Origin: Lytechinus pictus
Taxonomy: Eukaryota
NCBI RefSeq assembly: GCF_037042905.1
Contig: NC_087245.1
Location: 9,486,001-9,550,000, forward strand
Direction: 5' to 3'
DNA: 64,000 bases
The notes beneath the pieces are model-generated. The model saw only the letters and a list, made by a program, of their open reading frames with translations. It was not told the DNA's origin and made no database searches. Positions within the stretch are counted from its first letter, which is position 1. Each line of letters opens with the position of its first letter. Shown one piece after another: positions 1-13,800 of the stretch. A program made the translations under genes and the position numbers.

Positions 1-2588
1 TTCAGAATTTATTATCAAATTGACAGTCCGCTCTGCACTTAATGCGTACATGTAATAGCAATCAGTCTCAATCTCAACAGGAGGGGGGCGGACCTGTAGG
101 AGGGAGGCTAAACGTTCTGTTGACCCTTTTCCCATCAGCTTACTTCACCCACTGAAGTCGTTTCTTACCCCTATTCTCCTGACTCCAATGAACACACTGC
201 TGAGACCCACATTGTAAAGTTAAAAATGCTGCACTAAAGAGTGCAATTCACGCTCACTCATGCATGGAATTTCAAAATGATAATTCATGAAATTTGCTCT
301 TACAATTTAAATTGATAATGAATGACCATTAATTCATCACAACACCCTCAGGTTTGCAAGTTCCAAGGGACTCGCCTCTCAAAAACTGAAAGAAACCGAA
401 AGGCTAATCCCTGCCCACCCTAATTTTCGTACCCTTTGTTTAAGTGGGTAGTGCTCACTCAAGCATGAATAGTTTTCCAACTTTTTGGTGTCATTTGAAA
501 GATGACTTTATTGGCTTTCCATATATATAAGTTTTTCCTTCCAAATAGATATACTTTTTATTTGGCAGCCATTTCAAAAGTGTATAGTTTTTGGGTGACG
601 CACTGTATATATAATGAGCTCGCGCTTCCAGCTGACTTACACTATTAAGCTTTATTAGATACTCCATCATGTTCGTATAAGAATAAAGTTAAGATGTACT
701 TAAAACTTTTAAGTCGATTTTTAGTTAGGACTACCCCCTCAACCCCCCCCCCCCCAAAAAAAAAAATCAGCTTTTAGCGGGCAATAGGCAATAGGAGAAA
801 ATTGAGAACCCCCCCCCCCCCCCCCATGGGCAAAAGCTGGATCCGCCCCTATGTAATTGTGCTCCAGGTATATGCTGTCCGGAGGCGATATTAAGAGACA
901 AATGAGTCGAATCTCGATCGCTAACATGGTGCCCCCCCCCCCTCCCATCTATTGACAATCCTGGCTATACGCCAGTGCTATTACCCACATTGGCTCCTCA
1001 TATGAATAACACTGTTCATTTTCATAAGTTTGCCAATAATATTGTAAAAGAGGCTTAAAGGCAACTATGTAGACGGAGTTGGGAAATAGACCAAGAGGAA
1101 CGTATAGAGACCAAACGGCAATTTTCCGTTTATCATGTTTGATATAAAACCGTGTTTGATATCGTGACATAATACGGTGTAATTAACTTTGTTAATTATT
1201 ACTAATAAAGATAACAAAAATGAATATTATTCTAGTATAATCATGTGTATTCCCCCTCTGTCATTAGACCTATCTCTTCTTGTGTCCTTGTCTTCAATCT
1301 CTTTTACTTTCTTTGTTGACTCTTTGGAGATAATCCTTTGTTTTACTTATTGAACCAATTTATCCTTTACGATAATTCTCAGCCTTATTTTGCAGAAATT
1401 TGTGTTATTAAACTTCCCTTTTCACAACAATAAGAAGGGGAACTCAATTATAATCGTTAGAGACTAAAAACTGCTGATAATTTTCTTCAGGGAAACTGCT
1501 ACAAGGAGAGCTACGGTGGCCACCACTATAAATGTTGAAGTGATGAGAAAAGGAAAACGGAAGGAGGGGGGAAACGAAAGAAGAAAGGATGTGGGAAAGA
1601 GATGACTTGATAAAAACAGTTTAATGGAGATAATAAGGGAAATAGAAAAAGAAGAAGAAGGACGTGAGAAAAGGAGAAAAAGTGAATAAGATATGGTGCG
1701 GGAAGAATTAGAAAATAGCCGATCTTTTAGGTCATAGATCACGTATACATTTATTTTATTTCTTATTTATTTTTTGGCTCACGCCTCGCAGGCGCTTTGT
1801 GCTCGCATTTCATGTTTAATTAGATACATATATTATTCAAGAGGACTAAATAACGCATACAAATATCCAGTTTTGACGTTAATATACCAACAAATATTTC
1901 AGTTCGCAAATCGAACTTTTCTTATTTTTTTTGAAATCCTGTTAATGATTTAAAAAAAAGATATATCAAGTAATTTTTCGTTTTCAGGTCGGAATTTACA
2001 CAAAAAACAGCTCTTTTTAGTCAGATATACGTCCTATTCGTGATTTTTTTTTTACAGTGTTTAAAATGTCGCGCTTTTGGGTCTGGATATCAAATATATT
2101 TTCATCTCGCGTGGGTGGGAATTTAAAAAAAATGTCCAGTGGCCTCGTCCTTAAGTTGCTGTCAAACTCCTCAAAGTAGTTAAGAGATAAAGATATAGCA
2201 CAGAGGAAAGTAGAATAAAACAAATGAAAGGGAAAGCACATACATATAAACAATGAATAAGGAATGAAAATGAAGAGAGAAAGAACAAAATGTCAGTTGT
2301 TTAATTTTCCCACCCTTGCTCTCCTACCAAATTAGGAAAGAAAATCGTGAGATATCCAATGGGGGAGGGGGGGCAGCAACCAGAGTCCAAAACAGGAGAA
2401 AATGGTAAGAGAAAATAAAAAGTATGAAAGGAAGGAAATAATTTTTAAAAAGAGGGCAAAACGGATGAAGAAAAGTAAAGAAAATAAGAGGAAAGATTGG
2501 TAGATGGCAAAGCTTTCAGCTCACTTTATCAAACAAATGTAATGCTCGCGCTTTGCGATGGCATTGATCGTTTTGTGAGAGTTATTTA

Positions 2589-5500
2589 TTAGAGAATAAA
2601 AAGACAGAATTAAAGGCATGTTATGATTATGTAAGCGAATGTCTTAAAATCAGATCGAGAGCTTTTTATGAAAGTGGGAAAGGGATACCAGGTACTTCAC
2701 TCAGTTAATGGAATCCAACAAAAAGAAAACAAATAAACGTAAATTATCAATAAGAGATAGAATGACTTTTGATCAAAATGAAATAAGGAACTTTTATAGC
2801 ATGTTATATGCAAAGAGAGACGATAAGATCCTTGATGATGACTTTTTCTCCGATGTAACAAAATTATCGAACGAATCGATGAAATCATGTGAAGGGAAAA
2901 TTACGGAAAGTGAATGTTTAGCTGCCTTAAAACGGATGAAGTTGAATAAATCACCGGGTAATGACGGGCTTATATAGCGTAGAATTTTATATAGTGTTCT
3001 GGCCGCTGATTGGGGATGTTTTAGTTGATGCTTTACATAATGCTTTTATAAGAGGAGAACTTTCGCCATCACAAAGACAAGCAACTATTACTTTAATTCA
3101 TAAAGAAGGAAAGGATCCATTACATATTAAAAATTATCGGCCCATCTCACTGTTAAATGTAGACTACAAGATTTTGGCAAAGGTACTATCAACAAGAATA
3201 AAGGAGGTGTTGCATGAAATAATCAATGTCGACCAAGTAGGATATTTAAAAGGAAGGAATATCGGGGAAGCTTAGCTATTAGACTTATAGATGACATGAT
3301 CTTTCACTCTGTAAAAAATAATATATCGGCATATCTATTGGCCATTGATTTTGAAAAGGCATTTGATTCGGTTTCACATTGTTTTTTTATTTAAAGTATT
3401 GCAAACTTTTGGTTTTGGACCCTCATTTTGTAAATGGATAAGTACTTTGTATAAAAAAGCTGAAAGTTGTGTTTTTAATGGCAGTATTTCAACAGGTTAC
3501 TTTGATATAGGGAGAGGGGTAAGACAAGGAGATCCGTTATCCCCCTATCTTTTTATTTTATGTATTGAAATTTTGGCTAACAGAATAAGACTTGATCCAG
3601 AAATTCACGGAATTAAGTTTGGGAATACAGAAGTTAAGCAAATTCTATACGCAGATGATATGACAATTTTTGTAAAAGACACTCAGTCGATTGAAAAGTT
3701 TGATATGCTGTTTGAATGTTTTGCCGAAACGTCAGGGTTGAGGATGAATAAAGATAAAACCTTTATTATGTTACTGGGACACCATGGAAAAATAGATCCA
3801 ATCTTACCTTTTGGTAAAGTGGAGCAGATGGTTAGGATCTTAGGTATATATATTTTTTTTCATTAGATAAAGAAAGTAAAGTAAGAATAAATTACAAAGA
3901 AATACTTAGTAGAATAAAGAAAATTTTGATGTGGTGGAAGCAAAGGGATTTGACATTAATGGGCAAAATTCAGTTAATTAAAACATTTGTACTATCTAAA
4001 TTGATATACATTTCTTCTCTTACCCTTGTCCCGACATGGGTAATAGAGGATCTTAATACAAAGATCTTTGGATTTTTATGGGGTGGTAAAGATAAAATTA
4101 AAAGAGACATTGTTTATTTAGATTATAAGAATGCTGGTCTAAAAATGACAGATTTTCAGTTATTCATTAAGACACAAAGAATTATGTGGATTAAAAGACT
4201 TATGGGAGAGCCAAAAATGAAATGGAAACAATATTTCAGATACTTAGCAAACGGTATGGGAGGATTGCTAATTTTTATTAGTAACCTCACAATGAATTTG
4301 ATAGGATTTGAACTGCCTGAATTTTATACAGATAGTTAGATGTATGGTTTAATAAGAAATAGTTTTTACTTAAAGAAGAGAAGAATAAAAGAAATGAGAT
4401 CATTTTCAATAATAGGTTCATTACCGTTTGAAAGGACAAACATATTATAATGAAAAGCTGTTTTTGAAGAATATTTATAAATTCCATCATATTGTAGATA
4501 AAGATGGGAAGATGAAGTCTATCGCGACCTTTCAAAAAATGGGTTTGGATCGTTTTGAAATAGAAAAGATACTCGAAATTTTTAATAACATTCCATACTT
4601 TTGGAAGGACTCGCTGAAAAAAAGAGGATCAAAGTTCCATAAATAGTGAGTTAATTTTGGATTTTCAATTAAAGGGCACGATTTTTGACTTGCAAGACAT
4701 CACATCAAAAAGAATATATGATACTCTTGTAAGTATGAAAACGGATATACATAAACCCCAAGCATTTAAAAAGCTTGAAGAAAAATATAATATAATATAA
4801 TAACAAAAACAGCTATTTCTGATATTTTTCTAAGACCACGAAAATCCACTCTGAACAGTAGACTCAGAGAATTTCAATATAAAATATTACACAATATACT
4901 GTACACAAAAATATTTATATTTATTTAAAATGACAACAGATGATTTATGTTCATTCTGCAGTAAAGAAGAAGAAACATAATTTATGATCATATATTTTTT
5001 TCATGTGATAAGATAAAAACTATATGGAAAGAATGTGGGAACATGCTTCAACTCCCTATTATTACAAATGTAGATCAAAAAGGTGTACACGTAGGCGTGG
5101 AAGGTTCAACTAAAGGAGAGGCTCAATTATTAAATCACATAATAATCCTAATAAAGTATATGATTTAAAAAAATAGTAGAAACACAAATGATCCACCGAC
5201 CCTTAACCATATTAAGAAAAATACAAGAAGATAGACTATAGAAGAAAGAAAACTAGCTGAACAGAGAGGTCTTTTAACAAAACCATTTCAGAAAATGGGA
5301 CAAGTTTATTTTCTAGGGATGCTGGGGCAAAGAAAGTTTCAAGCATAGTTATTAAACACTCTAAATGCGAGGGAGATGGTCTGGTCTCTATCGTCGCACC
5401 CCTCCTGGAGTGGGTCGGGGCGGTCATTTTGGGGTGGGCTTTGTGTCTTTGGGGTGCATTGTGGTTCCTTCTGGAGTGAAAATAGAAAAAATAATAATAT

Positions 5501-6037
5501 ATATAAAAAATAAAAATACGCTGTTCGCTCCAGAGGGAGCTAGGGCGCGCTCCAGGGACACTATATGGATCCCGCTTCTCTTATCTCTCTCGGGGGGGGG
5601 GGGGTGATTGGGGGCCGGAGTGGCTCTTTTGCATTTGGAGTGAAGATTCAGGTGCGCAAGTTTGATCTTGGTTGCGGCACAGAATGCAGATTGAAATGGT
5701 GGGTAGTTGGGGTTTAGGGGAGGGAAGCAGGCCGCGCTTCCTGGGCTTGGATGGGATGTGGGGGGGGGGGGGGCAGTTGGGATGGGAGGGTGTTCTACTT
5801 CTGTTACTTATTCAGTTCAATTGCGTCGCTATAAATTCTTTTTTTGTCATATTTGTATTTTTTTTTCTACGGACTAAGTATCTACTTTGTTCTAGATGAT
5901 TTGAATGTTATATTCTCTCTTTTTTTTGTACAATTTTTTTTTTTGTATTATGAATAATTATTTATTTGACTTTGTGAACAGTGTTACTTGTATGATTTTG
6001 AACTAAATGATTTTAATAAATACTATAACAAAAAAAA
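2589..6037 (+). mobile_element. 5'-truncated, frameshifted non-LTR retrotransposon (Tx1/L1 clade), ORF2 remnant plus 3' UTR and A-tail
   Basis: Consecutive ORF fragments 2708-4646 give KSPGNDG, NYRPISLLNVDYKILAK, GVRQGDPLSPYLF and LYADD (RT), then W..RDLTLMGKI.LIK. A CSFC..EET zinc-finger remnant lies near 4948. IRSRA linker near 2650, no endonuclease. Stops and frameshifts throughout; ends AATAAA...AAAAAAAA at about 6015-6037. Confidence 0.93.
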
Positions 6038-6068
6038 TGATACGGCGCTTAAAATATCTCGTTTTTAA

Positions 6069-6660
6069 AGGGATACTCCGGGCTGAAGATATTTATATTT
6101 AAATATCTATAGTAAAATTCACATTACAACATGCTGAAAATTTCGTTTAAAATCGGTTAAAAATAACGAAGTTATTGACATTTTTAATATTTGTATTATT
6201 CCGGTGAAACAGTTCTAGGCGTGTCTTCATGAATATTCATTAGGTGGGTTGATGATGTCACATCCCAACTTTTCTTTGTCTTATACGTTATTACATGAAA
6301 TCTTAATTGTTTAATTTTGTCATAAATGTGTAAGTGAAGTGTCTCCTTTGATGATGAAATAAGTTGCATCAATAAATAACTAATGCACTCAATCAGTTCT
6401 CAATCCAATTGTTTTAGTTCTAGGTAGAATTTTTTTTAATAAACCTAATTTCATATTATAACATACAAAAGAACAAGTGGGCATATGACATCATCAGCCC
6501 AATTAATGAATATTTATTCAGACATGCCTAGAACTTTTCCAACGGAATAATGCAAATATTTGATATTCAATAAATCTGTTATCCAATTTAGATCAAATTT
6601 CCAGCATTTTGCTTTGTGAAGTTTACTCAATCTATTGACATACAAATATATTCACCCTTC
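6069..6660. mobile_element. Kolobok-like non-autonomous element (MITE), degraded right end
   Basis: Starts TTAA|AGGGATA; internal inverted arms (ATGAATATTCATTAGGTGGG.TGATGATGTCA and its reverse complement). Same family as 34968-35565. Confidence 0.7.
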
Positions 6661-7142
6661 AAGTTAATATACAAAAATTAAATGAAAAAATTAAATTTCT
6701 CGTTTTAAGTTCAAATGTAGGAAAATATAAGTTTGCACTGCGCGCTCGTATTAATTTGTTTCGTGAGATATGGGAGAGGTGAGAAATGATTCCTGAAAAA
6801 GTGGTTGCTATTCTTAATATTTTGAAAAAGGAGATAGCTGGAAAAAAGAGATCGAGAAATCAGAAGTGAGGATGAGATGATTTGAACATATCAAATTACC
6901 TGACAGACTGGAAGAAGATGAATGTAAATTTGTGTGCATTAATCATAATTTTGCTACTGCACCTCCTCCTATCTCAGTTTTCCCTCTTTTTCCCCCTCTC
7001 ACACAATGTCCAATCCTAACCTATTACTCCCTCCCTTTCTCTCTCTCTCTCCTCTACCCCTCCCTCACTCTCTCACTTTTTTACATAAATCATCACTTTC
7101 AACCACAAACTTCAGTCTCAAGAGCTAAAACTGATTGCTTGG

Positions 7143-9140
7143 CAAGGTTGGCACGTTTTAAACGGTGTGTTTTAAAACATGTTTTAAAACGCGTTTTAAA
7201 ACACCCGTTTTTTATTTTAAAAAACGTGTTTTAAAACACCACATAGGCTTGTGTGTTGTAAATTTGCATGGATGTGATTTTAAATGATTTTTTTTAATAC
7301 TTTTATTTCTGAAGTGGTGTATTATTTTCTTCTGACTAATTAAAACTCTTCCTCAACACCACTCTTTTTCTTCTTTCTCTTTCCCCCTTTATTCTCCCTT
7401 TCTCCATCGCTCTATCATGTTCCTTTCCTCCTGCTCAATTGTGCACATCAATCCATATTAAGAATATTCACATTTTAACAAATTGTGTAGTGCTCACTTT
7501 TTTGATAGGGAAAGAAACACTATTTAAAAAAAGCTCAAATACATATACAAGTAATAGTAGTACTTGAATGAAATGGAAGTGTTGCACAAGCATCGTTATA
7601 TTAAATAAAAACTGACATTGTACTCATGATTGAGGTACACACGAAAGCAGGTGAAACTTTGCACTTCGTAATGATGAACAAAAGTTCTTTAAACAGAATA
7701 AGATAATCAGCTTGCAAACCTTAACCCTAACAATCCCAGGTGACCCTAATGATCCCCTCAAAAATTTCTATGATAAATCCATAAACACGACAGGGCCACA
7801 CCATATCGTTCAAGACTATTTTGGGATACATGCATGGGATTGTGAATTCTCGCCAAAATTTGTATCTATTTCATAATTAAAAAAAAAAATTAATGATTTG
7901 AAAATTATTGCCAATAATTTCCATTCAAAAAATGTACAGAAGAAATATTTAAAAAAACTTCAAAAAACATTTAATACTGTTTTTTTTCCTAATATGCATT
8001 TGATCAAAATTCTTCAATTAAAAAATAAGCAGTTCAACACTATCCAGGCCCCCCCCCCCTCAACAATTCGCGCAATATTTTCACCGAGCGAATTTTTTTG
8101 ACTGGCCACTCGCTGGCTTTTTTCACTTTCAAGTTTTGCACAACTTTTGAGACCAGTTTTGCATCTTCACGGTACACGGTTCAGAAAGTACTCAACATTA
8201 TGTAAGTGCATGTCAGACCAAAAATTGCTAAAAGACGTGATTTCGTGTACAAAGTCAATGAAAATTGTGTTTTCAACCAAAAATCATAAATGTATGATTA
8301 TTTTTAGTTTTGCTGGTCTAAATGTATCTATTTTATCCTGTTTATGATCTCAGAAGAGTACCCAACATATTTCATTGAAAAAACAATGAAAAACAAAAGG
8401 TTAAAAAAACATAGAAATACATAAGAAATTGCAAAGAACAATATAAATACACAAGAAATTGATCTGATATGGCAATTTTTTTCATGTATACTTTTGCTAA
8501 GAACACCACAAAGAGTTTTTATACCAAAAATTAAAACATTTAGAGCTTTATTTAGGGAGTTGAAGGAAAAAGTATGATTTTGCATACTAATTATGCATGA
8601 ATTAGCATAATCTTTTAATAGCAATTTGCATGAAATAAATTACTATACAGTTTAGTAGATTATGTCCCAGACAACCTGCATGCCAATTTTCCATTAAGTG
8701 CAAATTATTCTTGCACCCCCCCCCCCCCAGACTGACAAGACTCAAAATACCCCGGGACTAAATGTATATGTACATGTATGAGGAATAAACAACCTATAAA
8801 ATGTCAACTTACCGGTACTTTAAATAGTGGTGTTTTTTTTAGGCATTCAATTTACATGATTTAGTAATTAGGGGGGATAGGGGAAATATGAACTTTTCTG
8901 TTGGAAATTCAGCAACAAATATTGTAGTCATCTCTTACTTACTCCAAAAATGTATATAAAACAAAGAACATATTAGAATAAGACTGTATAGTTTAATTGA
9001 TTCATGGAAAATTGCAAATTCGTTGGAAAAAAAAGCGTTTTAAATCTATTTATTTTTTATTTATTTATTTATTTTTTTTTTTCATTTTTTAATAAAAAAC
9101 GTCTTTTTATTAGAAAAAAAGTTTTTTTATTACAACCCTG
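7143..9140. mobile_element. Non-autonomous hAT-type DNA transposon (about 2 kb) with nested insertion
   Basis: 8-bp TSD TTGCTTGG at 7135-7142 and 9141-9148; termini CAAGGTTG / CAACCCTG; subterminal GTTTTAAAAC repeats. Confidence 0.8.
8035..8765. mobile_element. piggyBac-like non-autonomous element nested in the hAT element
   Basis: Strong similarity to 43185-43883 (ACTTTCAAGT...CAACTTTTGAGACCA; GTAAGTGCATG; C-tract followed by CAG near the end). That copy ends GGG|TTAA. Confidence 0.6.
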
Positions 9141-10607
9141 TTGCTTGGTGATTCTATGTTATTCCAATTTAAGCCTGTACTAAATTTTAGTGGATCTAAA
9201 TGTTAATTCAAAAGTTTAACTTCGTTTTCATAAAATGAAAAAAGAAAGTATCATAAAACACATTGTGCAAAATATGTGATATATATCTGATATCTATGGG
9301 TAAAATCTACAACTGAATTGAATAAATTGAGAAAGCAAAGTCCCTGAGATTTTTTTTATTTGAAAAATCTGAATGGATACTTCTTTGTGTGTAAGCAATC
9401 ACTCAACTTTTTTATAAATGTCCATAAGAACTCCTATTAAAAAAGGAAAACATTGAATGTGTTAGATCTGATTATAAACAAATACAAATTCTAATAAAGA
9501 ATCATTCAATGAAAATTGAATACAAAAATGTAACAACAAAAGTTCAAAACTGCATTGCAGACACATTTGAAATTTAACCAAAGCTTTACCTTAGATGATA
9601 GATCTATAAATAATTTTTTAATTGTATTTGTATGCAAATATTAATCTGATTTTAAAAATTGAGGGAATTGTGCACCATATTAAAGCAGCCAAATTTTCAT
9701 GGACTAAACTGCAGATTTCACATAATTGCATATTCTAGTTAGTTGTACATACTGTGTTACCACCTCACATGTATGGCATTGCATTTAATCCCAAAAAGGA
9801 ACATACATGTATTACTTGTATCAAATTAATTTCTCATACAAGTCAATAATTAAGTCAGGAAATGATTTTGATCATTTTGGGTCATAAGAAAAGCTCTCAA
9901 CTATGTTCTGTAAAGTCCTGTGTAAAAAAACCAAATCTGCTACAAAAAACACTTTTTGTTTAGCAGTCTTTAAACAAATTTAGAGCTAATTGCGATGTGA
10001 CACAAGAAAAATCATTCCCTGGAAGTGCCAAGATGCAATTGCAATTAGAATTCTATTTAACTGGATTAAATTGAATATAAGGCAACTGAATTTAATTTAA
10101 TTTGAACAAAGAATATGATGGCAAAATGATACCAAACTCTATAATACCCCTATTTAAGAAAACTGCTGCCACCCGTGTGCTAGCTTGTATGCCAAATGAG
10201 TAGGCTGAACTAATGATGTCACAAATTGTTCCTAATGCACACATGCAAATGTGCATTGAAGACATCTTTTCTTTGTATCAAAATGACTTATACTACAACT
10301 AGAAGTGACTTTGCCTGAGTCAAATCATTTGAAATCTGTTCTACTAAGGAGAAATTTGACTTAGAAGAGGTATATATATATAACAAGTTTTGCACAATCT
10401 GGTCTATTTGACTTATGGAAGGTTAACTTATGCAACTTCACCTGTAAACAGTTCGAAAACCCATGTTTTATATTCTTGGGGCAAAATCATATATTAGTAA
10501 TTAAAAAAATACTGCTCTGCTGTGCATGGGAATACAGCCTTATTCAATATTTTTGAGAACATTATAAAATGATTTACATATGTTATACCCATCTGATTTG
10601 GATACAA

Positions 10608-10695
10608 TTATAATTATGATTATTATGATTCTTATCACTATTATTATTATCATCATCATCATCATCATCACCATAATAATCATTATGATGATGTA
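10608..10695. repeat. (ATT)n/(CAT)n microsatellite
   Basis: Visible trinucleotide runs; they produce the spurious Ile-rich ORF 10580-10786. Confidence 0.9.
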
Positions 10696-10871
10696 CTGCG
10701 CTTTTCCCAAAATTGCCATGGGTGGCAGGAAGGTAACTTGGCCTGAGTCAAGTCATATTTCATTGAAACAAATAAAGAATCATTGAACAATTTAATTTAA
10801 AGCAAAATTGCATGCATCACTTGCTATAAATATACTTGGAATGTCTTACTTCATGAGAATTACATCATTTT

Positions 10872-13800
10872 TCAGAGAGTTTGTAATAAATTGTAAAGAT
10901 GTTTTAACTTCTCAACATCCTCTGCTGATATCATTATTTGCTCACAATTCTCTTGGAAAGATCCTTCTTCTGTCTCTTCTTTTCCATCATCTGTTAAACT
11001 CTCCTTTTCCAAATCCTCTGTTTTTGATCCTCCATCATGCACCTCAGGTGTCTCTCCAATATCACAATTCTGTGGAGTCCTATCACTGTTTTTTCGAGTC
11101 TTACCACCAGCTTGTCCCCATTGCTCCAGCTTATTTATTAACTTTGATAGAGCTTCCTTTTCAGATTTATTGAGAAAATCCAATGAAAGGCTGAACCTTC
11201 CTGCTCGTGTAAGACACATCAAAATGTTTGCTACCTTCCCACAATGCCCTTCTTCTGCATCGTTATCGAGTGCTGTGATGATTTCACCAAGAAGACCAAA
11301 ACTTATCTCAGATCGGAAAATTCTGGAAAGTGTTTCCCCGCCTAGATCCAGTAGGTAGGAATAGCAGCTACCTGGAGACTTTTTTCGGTTCCTCCATTCC
11401 TTCGTAAATTCATGCCCATTTTTGGGGATCTTAACCTGTTAATCAAAGAATGAAATTGCATACAAAATTAATTCCAGGTCTGGTAATGATCATAGAACAA
11501 ATTATACAGGATCACACAAAGTAAACGATATGTTCATATGTATGATAAAGAATGTACCAAATAATTCCACTAGAAACTGAGTAATCAGTCATTAGCAAAT
11601 GCCAACAGTGTAGTGTCTAAACAACAATCTTCTAGGACTATACAGTAGCATGTATCCCCTAAGCACAATATAATCATAGTGGATATAGGTTATGATCCAC
11701 ATGCAAGTGGGACTTAAAGAAGTTCATGAGCATCTTCAAGTAAACTTAAGGACGTTCCACAGTTAAAGTGAAATCCATGTCATTTTCACCAAACTTTGCA
11801 CATAGATACTTTAGAACCTTAATATTCGAAATATGCAAAAATTAACATAGGTCCATGTGCTTGATTTTTTGCTATAGAACTTCAAAGTTCACCCAAATTG
11901 ATGTTCTTAAGAATTGCGCATTCAAAATAATTTGGCATTTTTAGACCGCCCAAGATTACTACAATGAGTTTAAACCTGTATTACTCAGTCAAAATACATG
12001 AAAAAGTCATCAACTTTCGCAAGAGAGTTAATAATTGTATCGTTAGAATGGAGAATATATTTATAGTGCTATTTGTTTGCAATTTTAAGTTTAACAGCAC
12101 TGTCAGTTCTTAAAAATGGCGTAAAAGATAACAAAGTCCCAATCTAAAAAATGTGAAATTTCAGTAACAAACTACAAAAGTACAATAAATGCTGCACTTT
12201 ATTCAAAATCCATGTCATTTTCACCAAAATTTGTAGAGTTGTAGAGGAAGGTATACCTAAGAGGAACAAACATTAAAAAATAGGGGTTCATGTGCTTGTT
12301 TTTAAACTATCAGTATTTTTATTAGAGCAAATGTGCTTTTTAAAACACCAAAAATGCGCCGAATGCTTTGTATCTATGTGAAGAAAAAATCAAAACCACT
12401 CTACCATTTATTCAAACTCGGGGTAATATTCGTAATTCTTGGCAGCACTGCAGAGTAAAGTATTTTGAAATTGTAGAGAATCTTTTTTTGAATGGTCCAT
12501 GGAATAATTCAATTTTTTAGCTTCATGAAATAACGTATCGGATCTGCAGTTAAAGTGCAGAAGATGAGAAAATCAGCACATACCCGCAGCTAATTAATCA
12601 CCTGTTCATCCATTGTGACGTCAGCGCGCAGAGTGTAAACTATGTGCAGATCATAATGCGCACAAACATAACTGTGGAACGTCCTTAATTCGTTGCTGAA
12701 ATGACCTGTTTATTGCCATGTATACAAGTGTATTTGTTAGTGAGGATGTCCTCTATGATTAAGCATTTATTTAAGTAGCTATCTTTAAGTAGCTATTTAA
12801 GTAGCTATCTACGATTCAAGTAGCTATCCTTATGTTCAAATATTTTAATAATCAACTTCCTCCGTCCTTTAATAATATGTTTAGGTTTAACAGTTCTGTT
12901 CATTCCTACCCACCCCGCACATCAGGAAACCTCCATCTCACCAACCCTAAGTTATTAATAACTCATAAATCAATTCGACATTATTGTCCTGATATTTGGA
13001 ACAACTTTTCAGACAATAATAAGTCATGTTCAACAATATACTCATTTAAAGCTACTATTAAAAGAAAAACCATCGAATCATATGCATCCTCCTCTTCAAG
13101 TTAATTATTCAACTGCCCTTTACTTCACCCGCACCTCCACCTGCATTGCACCCACTTGATCAATGAAGAAAAAAATTTATGTACTATTTTTACGAGGCCG
13201 CCATCATTTTCAAGCTTAACCGCTCACGATGGCGGTCTCCTGCATTCGTTAACTTTAATTTTCTTTTAATTGAATATTGCTTCTTGTTGAAATTTATTTT
13301 TCATTGCTTTATTGTTTTGTAAAACTTGAAATGTATCACCTAGATGTTATGTTGCATATTTATCTTGAATGCAGAAATAAAATAAAACCAATCAATCAAT
13401 TTAAGGTCTAGGTCTATTGATCCATGCATTTGTCCTACCTTGGTGATAATTGATTGAACCTGACTTCCCGTATCTTGAGCAGCTGTTGGTGCTGTACTGG
13501 ATGATGAAAACGGATTCCAAGGCTGCTGGCGCTTGCTCTGACCAATCTTATCTTTTTTATCAAGAGGCTTGATGTGAGCAGCTGCTACCATGTCCCTACA
13601 CAACAAAGTATCAAGGTTTGTACTTGGTACTAAAGATCTTAAAAACATATCAGTCACTCTACAACTTTATAAAAGAAAGTTGCAATAGGTGGATTCTTGA
13701 TTGTGTGACTACTGGACAATTCAGCAGCAGGTTACATTAGTTTCAATAGTAGTAGGAAGTAGATCAAGTGTAGAATCAAAAGTTGAGAAGATTTGGAGGG

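Noticed and set aside
78-852. Complete hAT element with AGGGGCGGA / TCCGCCCCT ends
   Set aside because: The right end looks like a hAT TIR, but the left match is poor and I found no TSD.
2708-4646. Functional reverse transcriptase gene
   Set aside because: Multiple frameshifts and stops, no endonuclease or ORF1; decayed retrotransposon.
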